NCBI GenBank assembly: GCA_030833315.1 | Contig: JAURHM010000004.1 | Coordinates: forward strand, 6,720-70,719 | Reading direction: 5' to 3' | DNA: 64,000 bases | DNA from: Burkholderiales bacterium | GTDB lineage: Bacteria; Pseudomonadota; Gammaproteobacteria; Burkholderiales; SG8-41 | Part shown: piece after piece, positions 20,249-31,761 of the stretch | Layout: each line of letters begins with the position of its first letter | Numbering within the stretch: position 1 is the first letter of the stretch | Translations under genes and position numbers: made by a program | The notes under the pieces: generated by a model | Databases searched by the model: none | What the model was told of the DNA's origin: nothing | What the model saw: the letters and a program-made list of their open reading frames with translations, nothing else

Positions 20249-21628
20249 ATGCTGGTCCTCGACGGTGCGCGCATCGTGGTGGTCGGTCTGGGTGATACCG
20301 GGCTGTCGCTGGCGCGCTGGCTGCGGCGCCGGGGCGCTCGCGTCAGTGTGACCGATACCCGTGAGACACCACCTGGCGTAGCGGCTCTGCGGCACGAATT
20401 TCCGGATATGGAACTGTTGCTGGGTGTTGATCCGGATGCGGCGATTGCCGGTGCTGACGTGATTGCGGTCAGCCCGGGTGTTGACCGTCGCAGCGGTGCG
20501 ATTGCGCAGGCCGCGAAGCGCGGTGTGCCGGTGGTCGGCGACATTGAGCTGTTTGCCCAGGCGCTGGCGCGGCAGAGCGATGCACCGCCGGTGATTGCGA
20601 TCACCGGTTCCAATGGCAAAAGTACGGTGACGGCAATGGCCGGAGATATCTGTGTTGCCGGCGGACTGAATCCGGTGGTGGCCGGCAATATCGGATTGCC
20701 CGTGCTGGATGCGCTGTCCGTGATTGAAGACGGCGCACCGATGCCCGGTGCATTTGTGCTGGAGCTGTCGAGTTTCCAGCTGGAGAGCACGATTTCACTG
20801 AAGCCGCGCGCGGCGACGGTGTTGAATATTTCCGAAGATCATCTCGACCGTTATGAAGGCTTGCAGGAATACGTGGCAGCCAAGGCGCGGATTTTTGCCG
20901 GCGACGGTGTACAGGTGCTCAATCGCGAAGACGCACGCAGCGCGGGCATGAAGCGCGCGGGACGTTCTGCGGTGACTTTCGGTCTTGATCAGCCGCGCGC
21001 CGATGAGGACTGGGGTTTGTCCGGCAGCGATGCTGCGGCGACGCTGCGACGGGGTTCGCGGGACATCGCACCCTTGTCGATTCTTCAGGTGGCCGGTTTG
21101 CACAATGCCGCGAATGCGCTGGCGGCTGCTGCGCTGTGCCGCGCAATCGGTGTCGATGATGCGGCCGTCGTCGGAGGTTGGCGACGCTTTCAGGGTCTGC
21201 CGCATCGCGTAAAAAATATAAATAAAATCAATAATATAGTGTTTTACGACGATTCCAAGGGCACCAATGTCGGCGCGACCGTTGCGGCGCTGACGGGCAT
21301 GCGCGAACCGGTGGTGCTGATTGCCGGCGGTGACGGTAAGGGGCAGGACTTCGCGCCGCTGGCAGCCGCTGCGCGGGGGCGCGCCCGTGCGATCGTGCTG
21401 ATCGGCCGCGATGCGCCGCTGATCGCTGCGGCCATTGGAGATGCGGTACCGCTGATCAAGGCCGGGGACATGACCCAGGCGGTTGAAATGGCGTTCAACG
21501 CCGCGCAACCCGGTGATGCTGTGCTGCTGTCGCCGGCCTGCGCCAGTTACGACATGTTCCGCAACTACGTGCATCGCGCCGAGGTGTTTGCCGAAGTCGT
21601 CGCCTCGCTGCAGCGGAGGTGCGCGTGA
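20249..21628 (+). CDS. murD: UDP-N-acetylmuramoylalanine--D-glutamate ligase
   Basis: ATG 20249 lies 8 nt after [26 protein letters not shown] and DDSKGTN motifs. The 38-aa upstream part of the ORF-track model is not MurD-like. Confidence 0.93.
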   Translation: MLVLDGARIVVVGLGDTGLSLARWLRRRGARVSVTDTRETPPGVAALRHEFPDMELLLGVDPDAAIAGADVIAVSPGVDRRSGAIAQAAKRGVPVVGDIELFAQALARQSDAPPVIAITGSNGKSTVTAMAGDICVAGGLNPVVAGNIGLPVLDALSVIEDGAPMPGAFVLELSSFQLESTISLKPRAATVLNISEDHLDRYEGLQEYVAAKARIFAGDGVQVLNREDARSAGMKRAGRSAVTFGLDQPRADEDWGLSGSDAAATLRRGSRDIAPLSILQVAGLHNAANALAAAALCRAIGVDDAAVVGGWRRFQGLPHRVKNINKINNIVFYDDSKGTNVGATVAALTGMREPVVLIAGGDGKGQDFAPLAAAARGRARAIVLIGRDAPLIAAAIGDAVPLIKAGDMTQAVEMAFNAAQPGDAVLLSPACASYDMFRNYVHRAEVFAEVVASLQRRCA

Positions 21629-22791
21629 GCCAGTCTTTTGCCACGATGAACCAACGCAGCGCCGGCGAAGAATACGATCACAGCGTAATCTGGGTGACCG
21701 TGCTGCTGCTCGCGCTGGGTCTGGTGATGGTGTATTCGGCGTCGATCGCCAGCGCCGAAGGCAGCCGCGCGACCGGCAACAGCACGATGTATTACCTGAT
21801 CCGCCACGCGACGTTCGTGCTGATCAGCCTGATCGCCGCGGCGATGGTGTTCCAGGTGCCGGTCCGCGTCTGGCAGCAGGCGGCGCCTTTCCTGTTTCTC
21901 GGCGGTCTCGGCCTGCTGGCGCTGGTGCTGGTGCCGGGCATCGGCCGCGAGGTCAACGGCAGCCGGCGCTGGCTGTCTCTGTTCGTGATCAATCTGCAGC
22001 CGTCGGAACTGATGAAAATCGCCGCAGTGCTTTACGCGGCCGACTACACCGTGCGCAAGGCCGCATTCATGCACAGTCTGCGCAAGGGCTTCATGCCGAT
22101 GTTCGGCGTGATGCTGCTGACAGGTGGCCTGCTGCTGCGCGAACCCGACTTCGGCGCTTTCGCGGTGATTACCGTTATTGCCATGGGCATACTGTTCCTC
22201 GGCGGCATGAACTGGCGGCTCTTTGCCGGGCTGATTGTGATGCTGGTCATCGGCTTTCTGCTGCTGATCTGGACCAGTCCCTACCGCATGCAGCGCGTGA
22301 TCGGTTTCATGGATCCCTGGGCCGATCCTTTCGGCAAGGGTTATCAGCTGTCGCATGCGCTGATCGCCTTCGGCCGCGGCGAATGGTTCGGCGTCGGTCT
22401 CGGGGCCAGTGTCGAAAAACTGTTTTATCTGCCCGAAGCGCATACCGATTTCCTGCTCGCGGTGATTGCCGAGGAACTTGGATTCGTTGGCGTGCTGACC
22501 ATCGTGTTGCTGTTCTCGTGGCTGGTGTGGCGGGCGTTTGCCATTGGCCGCTGTGCGACTGAACTGGAACGGCCGTTCGCGGCGCTGGTCGCGCAGGGCA
22601 TCGGCCTGTGGATCGGCGTGCAGGCAATCATCAATATGGGCGTCAACATGGGTGTGTTGCCGACCAAGGGCCTCACGCTGCCGCTGCTGTCCTTCGGCGG
22701 CAGCGCGATCCTCGCTAACTGCTGCGCGCTGGCGATACTGCTGCGTGTCGACTGGGAGAATCGACAGCTGAGCCGGGGGTTCACCGTATGA
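21619..22791 (+). CDS. ftsW: SEDS-family peptidoglycan glycosyltransferase FtsW
   Basis: Polytopic, with LQPSELMK and HTDF motifs. Overlaps the murD stop. The exact start is ambiguous (GTG 21619 or 21625, or ATG 21646). Confidence 0.93.
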   Translation: MRVSQSFATMNQRSAGEEYDHSVIWVTVLLLALGLVMVYSASIASAEGSRATGNSTMYYLIRHATFVLISLIAAAMVFQVPVRVWQQAAPFLFLGGLGLLALVLVPGIGREVNGSRRWLSLFVINLQPSELMKIAAVLYAADYTVRKAAFMHSLRKGFMPMFGVMLLTGGLLLREPDFGAFAVITVIAMGILFLGGMNWRLFAGLIVMLVIGFLLLIWTSPYRMQRVIGFMDPWADPFGKGYQLSHALIAFGRGEWFGVGLGASVEKLFYLPEAHTDFLLAVIAEELGFVGVLTIVLLFSWLVWRAFAIGRCATELERPFAALVAQGIGLWIGVQAIINMGVNMGVLPTKGLTLPLLSFGGSAILANCCALAILLRVDWENRQLSRGFTV

Positions 22792-23861
22792 GCCGGACCC
22801 TGATGGTCATGGCCGGCGGCACCGGCGGCCACATTTTCCCGGGACTCGATGTTGCCGACGTGATGCGCTCGCGCGGCTGGAACGTGGTGTGGCTCGGCGC
22901 CAAAGGCGGCATGGAAGAGCGGCTGGTACCGCCGCGCGGTTACACCGCGACCTGGATCAGTTTCGGCGGCGTCCGCGGCAAGGGACTGTTGCGCAAACTG
23001 ATATTGCCCGCGGCGCTGCTGATCGCGTTCTGGCAGAGCGCCACGGCCATTTTCCGCCACCGTCCCGATGTCGTGCTCGGGATGGGGGGTTACGCTGCGT
23101 TTCCCGGCGGCATGATGGCGGCGCTGTTCGGCAAACCGCTGGTCATCCATGAACAGAATGCCGTTCCGGGCTTGGCGAACCGCGTGCTGGCCGGTGTTGC
23201 CGATCGTGTGTTGTCGGCCTTTCCGGATGCGTTCGAAGGGCGGGTCGATGTGATCTGGTCGGGCAATCCCATTCGCACCGAGATCGTCAGTCTCGCGCCG
23301 CCGGAAGCGCGGTTTGCCAACCGCAGCGGTCCGCTGCGCCTGCTGGTTGTCGGGGGCAGTCTGGGCGCCCGGGGACTGAATGAAATCGTACCGCAGGCGC
23401 TGGCGCTTCTGCCGGCTGCAGAGCTTCCGGTGGTTGTCCATCAGGCGGGTGCCGCGCATGCCGATATGGTCAGACGGTATTACCGGCAGGCCGGTGTTGA
23501 TGCGGAAGTGCTGGCCTTCGTCGAAGACATGGCGGCGCGTTACGGCGCGGCCGACCTGATCATCTGCCGTGCCGGTGCGACAACGGTCACTGAACTGGCC
23601 GTTGCCGGAGTCGGCAGCATCCTGGTGCCCTTCCCGCATGCGGTGGACGATCACCAGACGCGCAATGCGCGTTATCTGGCCGACCGCGGTGCCGCACTGC
23701 TGATGCCGCAGCCGACGCTGACCCCGCAATTGCTGGCTGATGCGCTGCGCGGCATGAACCGCGCGAAGCTGCTCGAAATGGCGCGCGCTGCGCGTGGCGT
23801 CGGCAAGCCGGACGCGGCGCAGAAAGTGGCGGACATCTGCATGGAGCTTGCGCAGCCATGA
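22788..23861 (+). CDS. murG: UDP-N-acetylglucosamine--N-acetylmuramyl-(pentapeptide) pyrophosphoryl-undecaprenol GlcNAc transferase
   Basis: [10 protein letters not shown] motif, ATGA overlap with ftsW. Confidence 0.95.
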   Translation: MSRTLMVMAGGTGGHIFPGLDVADVMRSRGWNVVWLGAKGGMEERLVPPRGYTATWISFGGVRGKGLLRKLILPAALLIAFWQSATAIFRHRPDVVLGMGGYAAFPGGMMAALFGKPLVIHEQNAVPGLANRVLAGVADRVLSAFPDAFEGRVDVIWSGNPIRTEIVSLAPPEARFANRSGPLRLLVVGGSLGARGLNEIVPQALALLPAAELPVVVHQAGAAHADMVRRYYRQAGVDAEVLAFVEDMAARYGAADLIICRAGATTVTELAVAGVGSILVPFPHAVDDHQTRNARYLADRGAALLMPQPTLTPQLLADALRGMNRAKLLEMARAARGVGKPDAAQKVADICMELAQP

Positions 23862-23871
23862 GGCCGAATCT

Positions 23872-25263
23872 ATGAGACATAAAGTGCGCAACGTACATTT
23901 CGTCGGTATCGGCGGCGCCGGCATGAGCGGCATTGCAGAAGTGCTGCTCAATCTCGGTTATGCGGTCAGCGGTTCCGATCTGAGCGAGGGCCCTGTGACG
24001 CGCCGTCTTGCCGGTCTCGGCGCCAGGGTGCGTATCGGTCATGTTGCCGAGAATGTCAGTGATGCCGACGTGGTGGTCATTTCCAGCGCGGTCAAGGCGG
24101 ACAACCCTGAGGTCATTGCGGCGCGCGGCCGTCTGGTGCCCGTGGTGCCCCGCGCGCTGATGCTCGCCGAGTTGATGCGCCTCAAGCAGGGCATCGCGGT
24201 TGCCGGTACCCATGGCAAGACCACGACCACCAGTCTGGTCGCCAGCGTTCTTGCTGAAGGCGGGCTGGACCCGACCTTTGTCATAGGCGGACGGCTGGAG
24301 AGTGCGGGCGCTAATGCGCGCCTCGGCAGCGGCGAATTTATCGTCGCCGAAGCGGATGAGTCGGATGCGTCATTCCTGCACCTGCAGCCGGTGATTTCTG
24401 TGGTCACCAATATCGACGCCGACCACATGGAAACCTACGACCACTCGCTCGACAAGCTGAAGCAGGCGTTTGTCGATTTCATCGAGCGCCTGCCGTTTTA
24501 TGGCGTGGTCGTGTTGTGCAACGACGATGTCAACGTGCGCTCGATCATGCCGCGCCTGACCAAGACCGTGGTGACTTACGGATTGATGGAAGGTTCGCAG
24601 ATCCGCGCCACTGCGGTGAGTGCGGCGGCAGGGCAGATGCGTTTCCGGGTGTTGCGCAAAAACGGACGCCGCCTGCCCGATCTCGACATCACGCTCAATC
24701 TTGCCGGCGTGCACAACGCGCTCAATGCGCTGGCAGCCATCGCGATCGGCATGGAAGTCGGCGTGCCCGATGAAAAAATCGTCCGCGCACTCGGCGAGTT
24801 CAAGGGCGTGGGCCGGCGCTTCCAGCGGTACGGCGCGGTGCCCCTGTCTGCAAGCGGCAGTTTTGAATTGATCGATGACTACGGTCATCACCCGGTCGAG
24901 ATGGCGGCGACCATCGCGGCGGCACGCGGCGCCTTTCCGGGCCGGCGACTGGTGCTGGCCTTCCAGCCGCACCGCTACACGCGGACCCGCGACTGCTTCG
25001 AGGATTTTGCGCGCGTGCTGTCGAGCGTCGATGCGCTGCTGCTGACAGAGGTATATGCCGCCGGCGAGTCGCCCATTGTGGCGGCGGACGGTCGTGCGCT
25101 GGCGCGCGCCGTGCGCGTGCTGGGCAAGGTCGAGCCCGTGTTTGTTGAACAGGTGGCGGAGCTGCCGGATGCGATCCGCAGCGCGGTGCGTGACGGCGAC
25201 GTGGTGCTGGTGATGGGCGCCGGATCGATTGGCGCCGTGGCCGGCAGGCTGGTGCAGGGCTGA
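23872..25263 (+). CDS. murC: UDP-N-acetylmuramate--L-alanine ligase
   Basis: ATG 23872 gives [36 protein letters not shown]-loop. Confidence 0.95.
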   Translation: MRHKVRNVHFVGIGGAGMSGIAEVLLNLGYAVSGSDLSEGPVTRRLAGLGARVRIGHVAENVSDADVVVISSAVKADNPEVIAARGRLVPVVPRALMLAELMRLKQGIAVAGTHGKTTTTSLVASVLAEGGLDPTFVIGGRLESAGANARLGSGEFIVAEADESDASFLHLQPVISVVTNIDADHMETYDHSLDKLKQAFVDFIERLPFYGVVVLCNDDVNVRSIMPRLTKTVVTYGLMEGSQIRATAVSAAAGQMRFRVLRKNGRRLPDLDITLNLAGVHNALNALAAIAIGMEVGVPDEKIVRALGEFKGVGRRFQRYGAVPLSASGSFELIDDYGHHPVEMAATIAAARGAFPGRRLVLAFQPHRYTRTRDCFEDFARVLSSVDALLLTEVYAAGESPIVAADGRALARAVRVLGKVEPVFVEQVAELPDAIRSAVRDGDVVLVMGAGSIGAVAGRLVQG

Positions 25264-25264
25264 C

Positions 25265-26233
25265 ATGAACATGAGCGAACAACAACAATTATCGGCAAAC
25301 GGACTGCGCGGGGAACTGCGCAGCGACGAGCCGATGGCGCGCCATGTCAGCTGGCGTGCCGGCGGTCGTGTGCGCTGCGCGTATACGCCGGCGGATCTGG
25401 ATGACATGGCGCTGTTCCTGCGCGGATTGCCGGACGGTGAACAGGTACATGTTGTCGGTCTCGGCAGCAATCTGCTGGTGCGCGACGGCGGACTCGACGG
25501 CACCGTGATCTTCACGCATTGGGCACTGCGCGGCCTGCAGGTCCTGCGCCGCGACAAGTCCGGCGGTGAAATCCGCGCCCAGGCCGGTGTGGCCTGCCCA
25601 AAAGTGGCGCGTACCGCGGCAATCAATAATCTCGCAGGTGCTGAATTTCTCGCCGGCATTCCCGGCACCATCGGCGGTGCGCTGGCGATGAATGCGGGTT
25701 GTTACGGCGGGGAAACCTGGAATCTGGTGGTCCAGGTCGAGACCATCGACCGTGCCGGAAACCTGCATGTCCGCACGCCACAGCACTACAGCATCGGTTA
25801 CCGCAGCGTGGCGCCGCGTTCCCATCAGATGTCCAGCATCAACGGCGACATCGCCTACGAGAGCGGCCAGGAGTGGTTTGTTGCGGCGACTTTCAGAATG
25901 CCCCATGGCGATGGGGAGCTGTCCCGTGCCACCATCAAGAAACTGCTGGCACAACGCATTGCTGCGCAGCCGCTGGGGATGCCCAATGCGGGATCCGTAT
26001 TCCGCAACCCGCCGGGGGACCATGCGGCGCGACTGATCGAGTCCTGCGGCCTGAAGGGCCGCCGCATCGGCGGCGCGTCGATTTCCGCCAAACATTCCAA
26101 TTTCATCGTCAATGATGGCGGCGCAAGCGCGGCCGATATCGAGGCGCTGATCGAGCTGGCACAGAACACCGTGCAGCAGCAGTTCGGTGTGCATCTGGAA
26201 CGCGAAGTCCGTGTAGTCGGAGCCCGCGCATGA
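25265..26233 (+). CDS. murB: UDP-N-acetylenolpyruvoylglucosamine reductase
   Basis: FAD-binding-domain pattern ([14 protein letters not shown]), GSVFRNP motif, expected dcw position. Confidence 0.93.
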   Translation: MNMSEQQQLSANGLRGELRSDEPMARHVSWRAGGRVRCAYTPADLDDMALFLRGLPDGEQVHVVGLGSNLLVRDGGLDGTVIFTHWALRGLQVLRRDKSGGEIRAQAGVACPKVARTAAINNLAGAEFLAGIPGTIGGALAMNAGCYGGETWNLVVQVETIDRAGNLHVRTPQHYSIGYRSVAPRSHQMSSINGDIAYESGQEWFVAATFRMPHGDGELSRATIKKLLAQRIAAQPLGMPNAGSVFRNPPGDHAARLIESCGLKGRRIGGASISAKHSNFIVNDGGASAADIEALIELAQNTVQQQFGVHLEREVRVVGARA

Positions 26234-27141
26234 GCGACTTCGGCAAAATCGCAGTGCTGTTCGGCGGACGCAGCGCGGAGCGCGAAGTGTCGCTGATGAG
26301 CGGCAGCAATGTGCTGAAGGCGTTGCAGCAGGCCGGTCTGGACGCACATGCCTTCGATCCGGCTGAACGGGAAATTTTCGAATTGAAGCGCGACGGGTTC
26401 AACCGCGTGTTCATTGCTTTGCACGGCCGTTACGGGGAAGACGGCACGGTGCAGGGTGCGCTGGAATTGATGGGCATCCCTTACACCGGCAGTGGCGTGA
26501 TGGCTTCGGCGCTGGCGATGGACAAGGTGCGCACGAAGATGGTGTGGACCACCGCCGGCATTCCGACGCCGCGATTTGAAGTGGTGGATGGCGGCAGCGA
26601 CTGGGCGGGTGTGGCAAAACGACTCGGACTGCCGCTGATCATCAAGCCGGCGAGAGAAGGTTCCACCATCGGACTGACCAAGGTCACCGCAGCCGCACAA
26701 CTGCCGGGCGCTTATGCATTGGCATCGCGGCACGATCCGTTTGTGATGGCAGAAGAATTCATTGCCGGCGAAGAACTGACCGCAGGTTTCCTCGGCGACC
26801 AGGCGCTGCCGCTGATCCGCATTGAGGCGCCGCAGGGCAATTACGACTATCAGAACAAGTACTTCAGCGACGAGACGAAATACCACTGCCCCAGCGGCCT
26901 GCCCGAAGCCGAAGAGCTGCGCATCCGTGCGATGGTGATGAAAAGCGCGCAGGCGCTGGGCTGCGCCGGCTGGGGACGCGCCGACCTGATCCGTCGTGCC
27001 GACGGCAGTGTGCAGTTCCTGGAAATGAATACCTCGCCCGGCATGACCGGGCACAGCCTGGTGCCGATGGCTGCGCGCCAGGCCGGGCTGTCATTTGACG
27101 ATCTGGTGCTGCGCATCCTGGAGATGGCCCATGTGGGATAA
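26230..27141 (+). CDS. ddl: D-alanine--D-alanine ligase
   Basis: [17 protein letters not shown]-grasp fold, [14 protein letters not shown] overlap with murB. Confidence 0.95.
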   Translation: MSDFGKIAVLFGGRSAEREVSLMSGSNVLKALQQAGLDAHAFDPAEREIFELKRDGFNRVFIALHGRYGEDGTVQGALELMGIPYTGSGVMASALAMDKVRTKMVWTTAGIPTPRFEVVDGGSDWAGVAKRLGLPLIIKPAREGSTIGLTKVTAAAQLPGAYALASRHDPFVMAEEFIAGEELTAGFLGDQALPLIRIEAPQGNYDYQNKYFSDETKYHCPSGLPEAEELRIRAMVMKSAQALGCAGWGRADLIRRADGSVQFLEMNTSPGMTGHSLVPMAARQAGLSFDDLVLRILEMAHVG

Positions 27142-27862
27142 GCCTGCCGTGCTCAACCGCCTGTCCGACCTGCTGGTCGTTCTGGCGCTGCTCGGTTTGC
27201 TTTACGGCGGCGCGGCGTGGATCGTGCGGCTGCCGGTATTTCCGATCACCGTGGTGCGCGTGGTGTCGCCGCTGAAGCATGTCACCCCCGAGCAGGTGGA
27301 GAGCATCGTGCGCCGCGAAGTGCGCGGCAATTTTTTCACGCTGCAGCTGGCATCGACGCGGACGGCCTTCGAGAAGCTGCCCTGGGTGCGCCGTGCCGAT
27401 GTGCGCCGGCAGTGGCCCGGCGCGCTGGAAGTGGTGCTCACCGAACACGTGCCGCTGGCGCGCTGGGGCAAGTCGGCGCTGGTCAATGTGCACGGCGAAG
27501 TCTTCGAGGCGGCGTTCGATGGTGCGTTGCCGGTGTTCAACGGGCCTGAGGGTGCGGCCAAGGAAATGACCATCCAGTACGAACTGTTCCGGCGCAGTCT
27601 GGCGGCCATCGGCAAAACGCCTGGTGAACTCAATGTGTCACCGCGCCGCGCCTGGCAGATCCGCCTCGACGATGGCATGACTGTGGATTTCGGACGCGAA
27701 CATGTCGAAGAGCGCCTGAGCCGTTTTGTGACGACGTATCCGCGCACGATTGCCCGCATGACGAAACCGGTGGACCGGGTCGATCTGCGTTATGCCAACG
27801 GATTTGCCGCGCGCGTGCCGGGATTGCCGGTGACGGAAACCAAACCGAAGCGCGGCGTTTAG
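27131..27862 (+). CDS. ftsQ: cell division protein FtsQ
   Basis: ATG 27131 overlaps the ddl end. One TM helix then a POTRA-like region. Expected dcw position. Confidence 0.88.
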   Translation: MWDKPAVLNRLSDLLVVLALLGLLYGGAAWIVRLPVFPITVVRVVSPLKHVTPEQVESIVRREVRGNFFTLQLASTRTAFEKLPWVRRADVRRQWPGALEVVLTEHVPLARWGKSALVNVHGEVFEAAFDGALPVFNGPEGAAKEMTIQYELFRRSLAAIGKTPGELNVSPRRAWQIRLDDGMTVDFGREHVEERLSRFVTTYPRTIARMTKPVDRVDLRYANGFAARVPGLPVTETKPKRGV

Positions 27863-27896
27863 TCGCCGGGAAAACAGGTCAGGGAAAACACGGACT

Positions 27897-29135
27897 ATGA
27901 GCAAAAACAGGGAAAACAAGAAACTGGTGGTGGGCCTCGATATTGGCACATCGAAAATCGTCGCGATCGTTGCCGAGATCAAGCCCGAGGGCGGCTTCGA
28001 GATCATCGGCATGGGCAGCCATCCGTCGCGCGGCCTGAAGAAGGGCGTGGTGGTCAATATCGAAACCACGGTCAGCGCCATCCAGCGCGCTCTGGAGGAA
28101 GCCGAGCTGATGGCCGACTGCAAGATCCGCGAGGTCTATACCGGGATCGCCGGCAACCATATCAAGAGTTTCAACTCGCAGGGCATGGTCGCGATCAAGG
28201 ACAAGGAAGTCGGGCAACTGGACATCGATCGCGTGATCGAGACCGCGAAGGCCGTGCAGATTCCCAACGACCAGCAGATCCTGCATGTGCTCAATCAGGA
28301 ATTCATTATCGACGGCCAGGAAGACGTGCGCGAGCCGCTGGGCATGTCGGGTGTGCGGCTCGAGGTCAAGGTGCACATCGTTACCGGCGCGGTGTCGGCG
28401 GCGCAGAACATCATCAAGTGCGTGCGGCGCTGCGGGCTGGAAGTCAACGACCTGATCCTGCAGCCGCTGGCGTCTTCGGTGGCGGTGCTGTCCGAAGATG
28501 AAAAAGACCTCGGCGTGTGCCTGGTCGACATCGGCGGCGGCACTACCGACATGGCGGTGTTCACCAACGGCGCGATCCGCCACACCGCGGTGATCCCGAT
28601 CGCCGGCGACCAGATCACCAATGACATCGCGATGGCGCTGCGCACCCCGACCAAGGATGCGGAAGACATCAAGCAGCGTTTCGGTTGCGCGCTGTCGCAG
28701 CTGGCGGACCCGCAGGAAATGGTCGATGTGCCGGGGGTTGGCGACCGCAGCACGCGCCAGCTGTCGCGCAAGACGCTGGCCGAGGTGATCGAGCCGCGCG
28801 TCGAGGAACTTTATTCACTGGTGCAGGCGGAACTGCGCCGCAGCGGTTACGAGGAATTGCTGTCGTCCGGCGTGGTGCTGACCGGCGGTTCCAGTTCGAT
28901 GCAGGGCATGGTCGAGCTGGGTGAGGAGATTTTCCACATGCCGGTGCACATTGGCATGCCGCAATACTCGGGCAGCCTCGCCGAAGTCGTGCGCAGCACG
29001 CGTTATGCGACCGGCGTCGGGTTGCTGATGGCGGGTGCCGACGAGCATCGCCAGCGCGATGTCGCGCGCATGCATGTGAGCAGCTTCCAGCAGGTCGTGG
29101 AACGGATGAAAACGTGGTTCACGGGGAATTTCTAG
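27897..29135 (+). CDS. ftsA: cell division protein FtsA
   Basis: VGLDIGTSKIVAIV actin-fold phosphate-1 motif, DIGGGTTD. Confidence 0.96.
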   Translation: MSKNRENKKLVVGLDIGTSKIVAIVAEIKPEGGFEIIGMGSHPSRGLKKGVVVNIETTVSAIQRALEEAELMADCKIREVYTGIAGNHIKSFNSQGMVAIKDKEVGQLDIDRVIETAKAVQIPNDQQILHVLNQEFIIDGQEDVREPLGMSGVRLEVKVHIVTGAVSAAQNIIKCVRRCGLEVNDLILQPLASSVAVLSEDEKDLGVCLVDIGGGTTDMAVFTNGAIRHTAVIPIAGDQITNDIAMALRTPTKDAEDIKQRFGCALSQLADPQEMVDVPGVGDRSTRQLSRKTLAEVIEPRVEELYSLVQAELRRSGYEELLSSGVVLTGGSSSMQGMVELGEEIFHMPVHIGMPQYSGSLAEVVRSTRYATGVGLLMAGADEHRQRDVARMHVSSFQQVVERMKTWFTGNF

Positions 29136-29139
29136 AAAC

Positions 29140-29230
29140 GGTTGCGGTGACAGGAATTTGCGGTTTGAAGGGTTGAGGGTTTGATGGATTGAAGTATTGC
29201 GGGATTTTGTTTTTCGGTTGCGGGATTTTT
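29140..29230 (+). repeat. four TTGCGG motifs in the ftsA-ftsZ spacer, the last two extended to TTGCGGGATTTT
   Basis: TTGCGG at 29142, 29158, 29197 and 29218. The 12-mer TTGCGGGATTTT occurs at 29197-29208 and 29218-29229 (21-bp offset). CGGTTGCGG occurs at 29139 and 29215. Confidence 0.5.
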
Positions 29231-29265
29231 CAACATTACTTTGCTTGCAGAAAAAGGAGATTCAC

Positions 29266-30432
29266 ATGATTGAACTGATTGATGCGCAGGCGCAGGAAGC
29301 AGTAATTAAGGTGATCGGTGTCGGCGGTTGCGGCGGCAATGCGGTTGATCACATGATCGTCCAGGGCGTGCAAGGCGTGGAGTTCATCTGCGCGAACACC
29401 GACGCCCAGGCGCTCAAGCGCAATCAGGCCAAGACCCAGATCCAGCTGGGCACCGGCATCACCAAGGGACTGGGCGCAGGCGCCAATCCCGAGATCGGCC
29501 GCCAGGCCGCTCTTGAGGATCGAGAGCGTATCGCCGAAATGATCTCCGGTGCGGACATGCTGTTCCTGACTGCAGGCATGGGCGGCGGCACCGGCACGGG
29601 GGCTGCACCGGTGGTGGCGGAAATTGCCAAGGAAATGGGCATCCTGACCGTGGCCGTGGTGACCAAACCGTTCGCCTTCGAAGGCAAGCGCCAGAAACTG
29701 GCACAGGAAGGTCTCGATGCGCTGGCCCAGCATGTTGACTCGCTGATCGTGATCCCGAACGACAAGCTGATGCAGGTGCTCGGCAACTCGATCACCCTCG
29801 ACGAAGCGTTCCGCGCCGCCAACGACGTGCTGCACGGCGCCGTGGCCGGCATCGCGGAAATCATCAGCTGCCCGGGCATGATCAACGTCGACTTTGCCGA
29901 CGTGCGCACGGTGATGGGTGAGATGGGCATGGCGATGATGGGTTCGGCGAAAGCGGCCGGCACCGGACGCGCCCGCGAGGCTGCCGAGCAGGCTGTGGCC
30001 TGCCCGTTGCTCGAAGACATCAACATCTCCGACGCGCGCGGCGTGCTGGTCAATATCTCCGCCAGCAAGTCGACCTTCCAGCTGCAGGAAATGTATGACG
30101 TCATGGAAACCATCAAGGCCTTTGCCGCGGAATCGGCAACGGTCATTGTCGGCACCGTGTACGACGACAGCCTGGAAGACGGTCTCCGCGTGACCATCGT
30201 GGCCACGGGTCTGGGTAAGCCGCTGGCACGCCAAGCCTCTAAGCCGATGATCGTGGTGTCCCAGAAAACCGGCACCGACAACATGGCGATTTCGCCGGAT
30301 GTCGATTACGGCGCGCTGGATCAGCCGGCGGTGATCCGTCGCCGCAACCGGGATGCGACGATTGAGGCGATGCGCCAGTCCGGGGTCGAGATGCTCGATA
30401 TCCCGGCCTTCCTGCGTAAGCAGGCGGACTGA
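29266..30432 (+). CDS. ftsZ: cell division protein FtsZ
   Basis: ATG 29266 lies 6 nt after AGGAGA. GVGGCGGNAV and the tubulin signature GGGTGTGAAPV. Confidence 0.97.
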   Translation: MIELIDAQAQEAVIKVIGVGGCGGNAVDHMIVQGVQGVEFICANTDAQALKRNQAKTQIQLGTGITKGLGAGANPEIGRQAALEDRERIAEMISGADMLFLTAGMGGGTGTGAAPVVAEIAKEMGILTVAVVTKPFAFEGKRQKLAQEGLDALAQHVDSLIVIPNDKLMQVLGNSITLDEAFRAANDVLHGAVAGIAEIISCPGMINVDFADVRTVMGEMGMAMMGSAKAAGTGRAREAAEQAVACPLLEDINISDARGVLVNISASKSTFQLQEMYDVMETIKAFAAESATVIVGTVYDDSLEDGLRVTIVATGLGKPLARQASKPMIVVSQKTGTDNMAISPDVDYGALDQPAVIRRRNRDATIEAMRQSGVEMLDIPAFLRKQAD

Positions 30433-30497
30433 ACGCAGGGGGGTTGAACGAAGCGGTCGCGCGCCGGTCGAAAAGGGCCGGGCACAGGTGTTGCGGT

Positions 30498-30527
30498 GCG
30501 GCATCGTGGTAAAATCCGCGATGCCGC
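30498..30527 (+). promoter_or_regulatory. perfect 9-bp inverted repeat enclosing an extended -10-like TGGTAAAAT (lpxC leader)
   Basis: GCGGCATCG (30498-30506), 12 nt, CGATGCCGC (30519-30527). TGGTAAAAT at 30507-30515 lies in the loop. About 90 nt upstream of the lpxC start. Confidence 0.4.
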
Positions 30528-30614
30528 TGCAACGAGCGCGTCATGCTGTGCGCAAACCGCGCACCAACCGCTTTAGCCCGTTTTTGCGGCAACGAAGGCA
30601 CAACTGAACCGAAC

Positions 30615-31526
30615 GTGATCAAGCAACGCACTTTGAAGAACGTGATCCGCGCCACCGGCGTGGGTCTGCACACGGGCGAAAAGGTCCATCTGACCCTGCG
30701 CCCGGCACTGCCAGACACGGGCATCATGTTCCGGCGGACGGATCTTGCGGAACCGGTGGACATCAAGGCCGATCCCTATGCGGTGCATGACACGCGTCTG
30801 TCGTCCTGTCTGGAAAAGGACGGGGCAAGGGTGCAGACGGTTGAGCACCTGATGTCAGCGCTGGCCGGTCTCGGCGTCGACAATGTCTGGATCGATGTCA
30901 CGGCGCCGGAAGTGCCGATCATGGACGGCAGCGCAGGCCCCTTCGTGTTTCTGCTGCAGTCCGCCGGGATCGAAGAGCAGGATGTACCGAAAAAATTCAT
31001 CCGCATCCTGAAGCCGGTCGAAGTGCGTGACGGCGACAAGTGGGTGCGTTTCGAGCCCTACAACGGCTTCCGGCTGGAACTGGCCATCGATTATGCGCAC
31101 CCGGTGTTTGATGCCAGTGCGCAGACCGTGGTTGTCGACTTCGCGTCGACCTCCTACGTCAAGGAAGTGGCGCGGGCGCGGACCTTCGGTTTCATGCAGG
31201 ACGTTGAAAGCATGCGTTCGCAGGGGCTGGCGCTGGGCGGCAGTCTCGACAACGCCATTGTTATGGACGAGTACCGTGTGCTGAACAACGATGGCCTGCG
31301 TTACGACAACGAGTTCGTCAAACACAAGGTGCTGGACGCCATCGGCGACCTGTACCTGCTGGGGCATCCGCTGATCGGCGCCTTCAGAGGCCACAAATCC
31401 GGCCATGCGATGAATAACCGCTTGCTGCGCCATCTGCTGGAACAGCCGCAGGCCTGGGAATTCGTCAGTTTCGACCGCGTCGAAGATGCGCCTGCCTTCC
31501 TCGCCTGGCAGCCCCAGGCCGCCTGA
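30615..31526 (+). CDS. lpxC: UDP-3-O-acyl-N-acetylglucosamine deacetylase
   Basis: GTG 30615 gives (M)[23 protein letters not shown], the canonical LpxC N-terminus. [10 protein letters not shown] motif. Confidence 0.95.
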   Translation: MIKQRTLKNVIRATGVGLHTGEKVHLTLRPALPDTGIMFRRTDLAEPVDIKADPYAVHDTRLSSCLEKDGARVQTVEHLMSALAGLGVDNVWIDVTAPEVPIMDGSAGPFVFLLQSAGIEEQDVPKKFIRILKPVEVRDGDKWVRFEPYNGFRLELAIDYAHPVFDASAQTVVVDFASTSYVKEVARARTFGFMQDVESMRSQGLALGGSLDNAIVMDEYRVLNNDGLRYDNEFVKHKVLDAIGDLYLLGHPLIGAFRGHKSGHAMNNRLLRHLLEQPQAWEFVSFDRVEDAPAFLAWQPQAA

Positions 31527-31554
31527 GGTCTCGGCGCACAGGCCTTACTGAGCT

Positions 31555-31740
31555 ATGCTGCTGCTTCGCCTGATCGGGTTGCTGGCGCTAATCACCATCG
31601 GTGTTTCTCTGGCGCTTTATGCCTGGTCCCGCGAACCGCGTTACCTGCGCTTCGCCTGGCGGGTGTTTCTGGGCAGCATTGCTTTTGTGCTGGTATTGAT
31701 GGCTTTCTACGCAGCGGAGCGCCTGCTGCTGGTGGTTTGA
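31555..31740 (+). CDS. small membrane protein (two predicted TM helices), function unknown
   Basis: 61-aa ORF with two hydrophobic stretches directly after lpxC. No recognisable motif. Confidence 0.4.
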   Translation: MLLLRLIGLLALITIGVSLALYAWSREPRYLRFAWRVFLGSIAFVLVLMAFYAAERLLLVV

Positions 31741-31761
31741 CCGGACGGGGTTTTGCCCCGA

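Noticed and set aside
19027-20790. 587-aa ORF on the minus strand
   Set aside because: It is entirely antisense to mraY and murD, which carry clear family motifs. Its translation is low-complexity (R/A/P/H/S-rich) and it has no start context. This is a typical shadow ORF of GC-rich DNA.
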